A DNA stretch of 64,000 nt, taken from a phage. Positions 61,274 to 64,000 of the stretch are shown here, one piece after another. The first letter of the stretch is position 1, and every line of letters begins with the position of its first letter. The notes under the pieces are model-generated. The model ran no database searches, was not told the DNA's origin, and saw only the letters and a list, made by a program, of their open reading frames with translations. Where the stretch lies: the sequence record PV806337.1. One strand, written 5' to 3'. A program made the position numbers and the translations under genes.

Positions 61274-61875
61274 TGACTTTTAATGCGCAACAATCTATTC
61301 AAGTAGTGCCAGATCATGAACTGAACACATGGGATTATAGCTTTAAAGATTTAACCGCTACTGTACAATTTAAATCTATGAAGCTAACATTTGCACACAC
61401 TGACCTTAGAGCATGTAAAGGTCTTGAGGATAAGCTCGAAGATGCTCGCAAGATTTTTGGTAAGGCTCGCATCCCAGCTGATAATCTAATTAACGCATTA
61501 ATCGATGCAGGGTACAAACTTGTGAAGACTGAGGTGAACCGCCCTAGTACTCCAGTGACTATTAGAGATCCGTGGCAGTCAGGGACAATCGCAATGCTGA
61601 ATAAATCATCGGATTTGCACAATGTTCCTTGTGGGGGTGTGATAAGTAGTACGCAGTCATATAAGTTTGGGGAAGATTACGGCCCTTCTGTACAGTTGAA
61701 ACATACTCAAGAAGCTTTTGAATCTGATATGCGAAGCGTAGCACCTGCGGATGCTGAAGGTTTTAGAAGTCCCATCTATGTTACTCACTTTAATAATCTT
61801 AGGCCTGGGAGTATAAATGATGCTATCCTTGAAGCGTTGGGAGCTGCTATTAATGAAGATAAGAGGGGTAATTAA
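61273..61875 (+). CDS. hypothetical protein (200 aa)
   Basis: Track ORF. Confidence 0.55.
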   Translation: MTFNAQQSIQVVPDHELNTWDYSFKDLTATVQFKSMKLTFAHTDLRACKGLEDKLEDARKIFGKARIPADNLINALIDAGYKLVKTEVNRPSTPVTIRDPWQSGTIAMLNKSSDLHNVPCGGVISSTQSYKFGEDYGPSVQLKHTQEAFESDMRSVAPADAEGFRSPIYVTHFNNLRPGSINDAILEALGAAINEDKRGN

Positions 61876-62600
61876 TGAGTATAAAAAAGAATTTAGCAGA
61901 GATTATTAAGTTAGCTAGAGCTTGTAATGGAAAATGTGTTTCTCAGCTTAATGAACTAGAAGCACATGCAGTAGCATTTTGTGCAGAGTTTTATCCTGCA
62001 TACCTTAATGCTAGTGGGCAACCTAAATATAATAAGGATGCCGAAGAAGTTACGTTAGCTCCTTCATATATTAGCTTGCGTCGTTTAATTCAAACCGTTG
62101 ATCCTACTATTAAAGGATTCTCAGCAGATTCATTCCACGTCTTTGCAGATAAAGAACTCCCGTATTTTAAAGAAGGAAATGCAAAGTCATGTTTAGAATG
62201 TTATCCTAATATACTGATGATTCCTCAAAAGCAATGTAAATACGATCATCTTCCTAGACTTACAAAGAAAGTAGCACCACCTTATTCTTCTCTATCTGAA
62301 TTAAAGCTAGGAATTGTATCTACACTTGCGCAGATTCATCTAAGTATAGTTGACGACTCAACAACATCTAACCCTATTCTAGATGCTGCTCACTTTGAAA
62401 TTTTACGTGATCCTGAACAAGCTAGAAAAGTTGCTAAGTCTGTTAAGTTTGATATATCAACAATTCTTGACACTAAACAAGAAACTAGACCTAGAGGAAG
62501 TGTAGATTATTCTGCGCTAAATTCCGAGTCATCTTACTTAGCAACATTCCTTTTCATGGCGTCAAAAGGGGTTATTCTAAAGGTTAATAAAGATGGATGA
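61875..62600 (+). CDS. hypothetical protein (241 aa)
   Basis: Track ORF. Confidence 0.55.
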   Translation: MSIKKNLAEIIKLARACNGKCVSQLNELEAHAVAFCAEFYPAYLNASGQPKYNKDAEEVTLAPSYISLRRLIQTVDPTIKGFSADSFHVFADKELPYFKEGNAKSCLECYPNILMIPQKQCKYDHLPRLTKKVAPPYSSLSELKLGIVSTLAQIHLSIVDDSTTSNPILDAAHFEILRDPEQARKVAKSVKFDISTILDTKQETRPRGSVDYSALNSESSYLATFLFMASKGVILKVNKDG

Positions 62601-63321
62601 TTTACGTGCTGAAATTAATAAAAAGTTACGAGAGGAAGCCCGGAGGTTTCCTCTTAAAAACTTTTTGAAGTCAAATGGCTCTACTAATATAACGAAGATT
62701 AGGCAACTTCACCCTGACTTCCAACAAGAGGCCTTAAACCTTATCTTTATTAGGAAAGCTTTAAAAGTCCAGAAAGAAGAGTATGGGTATGAAAGAGTTA
62801 ATTATAAGACAGCCAATCAGTTAGTAGAGATATGGTGCTATAAACATAAAGGATACTTTATGCAAACTGCTAGATCTCACCTAGATGGGCACGGTTGTTT
62901 ACAATGTGCTAGGGAAAGCAACCTAAATACACCTATCGAGAAACCGGAGGTAGAAGAAGATGTTCAGTCCCCCACATATCTCTATATCTTCTCTAATAAA
63001 GATCAGTCTAGGAAGAAATTAAAGACAAAGATTGGGGTTTCTAGAGAGCCACATCAAAGGTTTAAGAATCTAGAGTATGATAAATTGCGTGTGCCGGGTT
63101 TTGAAGATATGGAAGTATTTGGTATCTACCAGTATAAGAAAGGATCGAAAGAACTCGCTTACAAAATAGAACACCAAGCACATAAATTTTTCGAGAATAA
63201 ATTTGCTAACCATTATAAATTCGATGGAGCAAAAGAGATATTCAACATTAAAGCTGTAGAGGCAGAAGAATATCTATTAAGTCAAGGTTGCATAAAAATT
63301 TACCCAACTCCAAACTCATGA
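62593..63321 (+). CDS. zinc-ribbon plus T5orf172/GIY-YIG-like domain protein
   Basis: N-terminal CYKHKGYF...GHGCLQCAR; C-terminal YLYIFSNKDQ...KIGVSREPHQR...GAKEIF, same family as 20750-21421 and 40884-41402. Confidence 0.6.
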   Translation: MDDLRAEINKKLREEARRFPLKNFLKSNGSTNITKIRQLHPDFQQEALNLIFIRKALKVQKEEYGYERVNYKTANQLVEIWCYKHKGYFMQTARSHLDGHGCLQCARESNLNTPIEKPEVEEDVQSPTYLYIFSNKDQSRKKLKTKIGVSREPHQRFKNLEYDKLRVPGFEDMEVFGIYQYKKGSKELAYKIEHQAHKFFENKFANHYKFDGAKEIFNIKAVEAEEYLLSQGCIKIYPTPNS

Positions 63322-63348
63322 CAAAAATTTAAAAGTAACGAAATCTGC

Positions 63349-63378
63349 TTGACATTCGTGAGAATAATGTGTTATAAT
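63349..63378 (+). promoter_or_regulatory. sigma70 consensus promoter facing the repeat region
   Basis: -35 TTGACA, 18 bp, -10 TATAAT; no ORF downstream within window. Confidence 0.6.
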
Positions 63379-63699
63379 AATCTCATAGATTAAAAACATC
63401 AACTTGTTTTTACCTCTAGGCCGTAGATTTACATCATTCCTCGTAGGAAAACACTTGATGACGGTTCTGCTCGCAGGTTCTCGTCAATTGTTCTTCCACA
63501 CCGAGACTTAGGAGGATGTATCAAATCGCACGCGCCTAGAGGGGCTAACTCTCATGAAATGGGGGTATATTTACTTTTAAATAACTAAAAAATATTTAAA
63601 GGCAATATCTGTGTTCAAGATGATACACCTGTTGCCGCTCTCCATCTCTAGGATCACATACACTTTCCTAGAAACTCCAGAGTTCTCACTAAATACTCA

Positions 63700-63950
63700 C
63701 GAAATATCACACTTCTAGTGGGCGGTTCTCCTAAGTTTCTAGGAACATATACTAGGCGGTTAATATAGGGCGGTTAATATAGGGCGGTTATTTCTAGGAG
63801 ACATTTTTCCAAAACACATTTCCAGAAATTACTATCGGATTTGCACATTGTGTTTCTAGAAATTTATGGTCGGATTTGCACAAACGCCTAAGTTTTTAGG
63901 AACTCTTACTCCCCTGAAAATGGCAGCATTATTTCGGGCCGAAGGCCCAT
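63700..63950. repeat. iteron-like direct repeats and repeated motifs in non-coding region
   Basis: Three tandem copies of about 14 bp (TAGGCGGTTAATA, TAGGGCGGTTAATA, TAGGGCGGTTATTT); GGGCGGTT 4 times; CTAAGTTTCTAGGAAC twice; TCGGATTTGCACA twice; hairpin GGGCCGAAGGCCC. Confidence 0.6.
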
Positions 63951-64000
63951 AATTGCCTGAGTTTTTAGAGCCACAGAAATTTTCACTTGTCAAGCTATTT

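Noticed and set aside
21000-63000. Possible CRISPR array suggested by recurring about 60-bp similar segments
   Set aside because: The recurring units are T5-type promoters with variable spacing, each followed by a gene; no short uniform repeats with unique spacers
1-64000. Integrase, transposase or prophage attachment features
   Set aside because: No recombinase-like ORF or flanking direct repeats seen; the window looks like a lytic phage replication/early region

Overview
The window reads as a T5-like (Tequintavirus-type) early genome segment, a well-known phage architecture rather than an obviously new system. It carries dozens of copies of the T5 early promoter (A-rich UP element, -35 TTGCTT/TTGCTA, 17-bp spacer, -10 TATAAT, then ATAAATTGA...RBS); one copy at 12031-12100 on the minus strand matches my recollection of the PN25 promoter. 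The 137-aa endolysin also matches what I recall of T5 Lys. Layout: (i) 1-21421, minus-strand replication module (helicase, 855-aa DNA polymerase, primase, DnaB-like helicase, D5-like DNA-binding protein, split NAD-dependent ligase, D2-like helicase, Sir2-like/HAD operon, NrdD); (ii) 21749-34011, plus-strand nucleotide metabolism (PhoH, NrdA, NrdB, DHFR, ThyA, HNH endonuclease, RNase H, DEDDh exonuclease) and small ORFs; (iii) 34020-46726, about 27 tRNA genes interleaved with small ORFs and structured non-coding stretches, interrupted by a two-gene antisense island (36222-37649); (iv) 46764-63321, early ORFs including a GrcA-like glycyl-radical protein, dNMP kinase, ClpP-like protease, holin-endolysin, two metallophosphatases and many small membrane proteins; (v) 63349-64000, a repeat-rich non-coding region. 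The candidates I would rank highest for follow-up are the Sir2-like/HAD/paralog operon, the antisense Q-rich/Gly-rich island, the tRNA-like genes with insertions plus promoter-driven structured RNAs, and the GrcA homologue; none is proven novel from sequence alone. All motif calls are by eye; coordinates of features not anchored to the supplied ORF track may be off by 1-2 nt; nothing was searched against databases.
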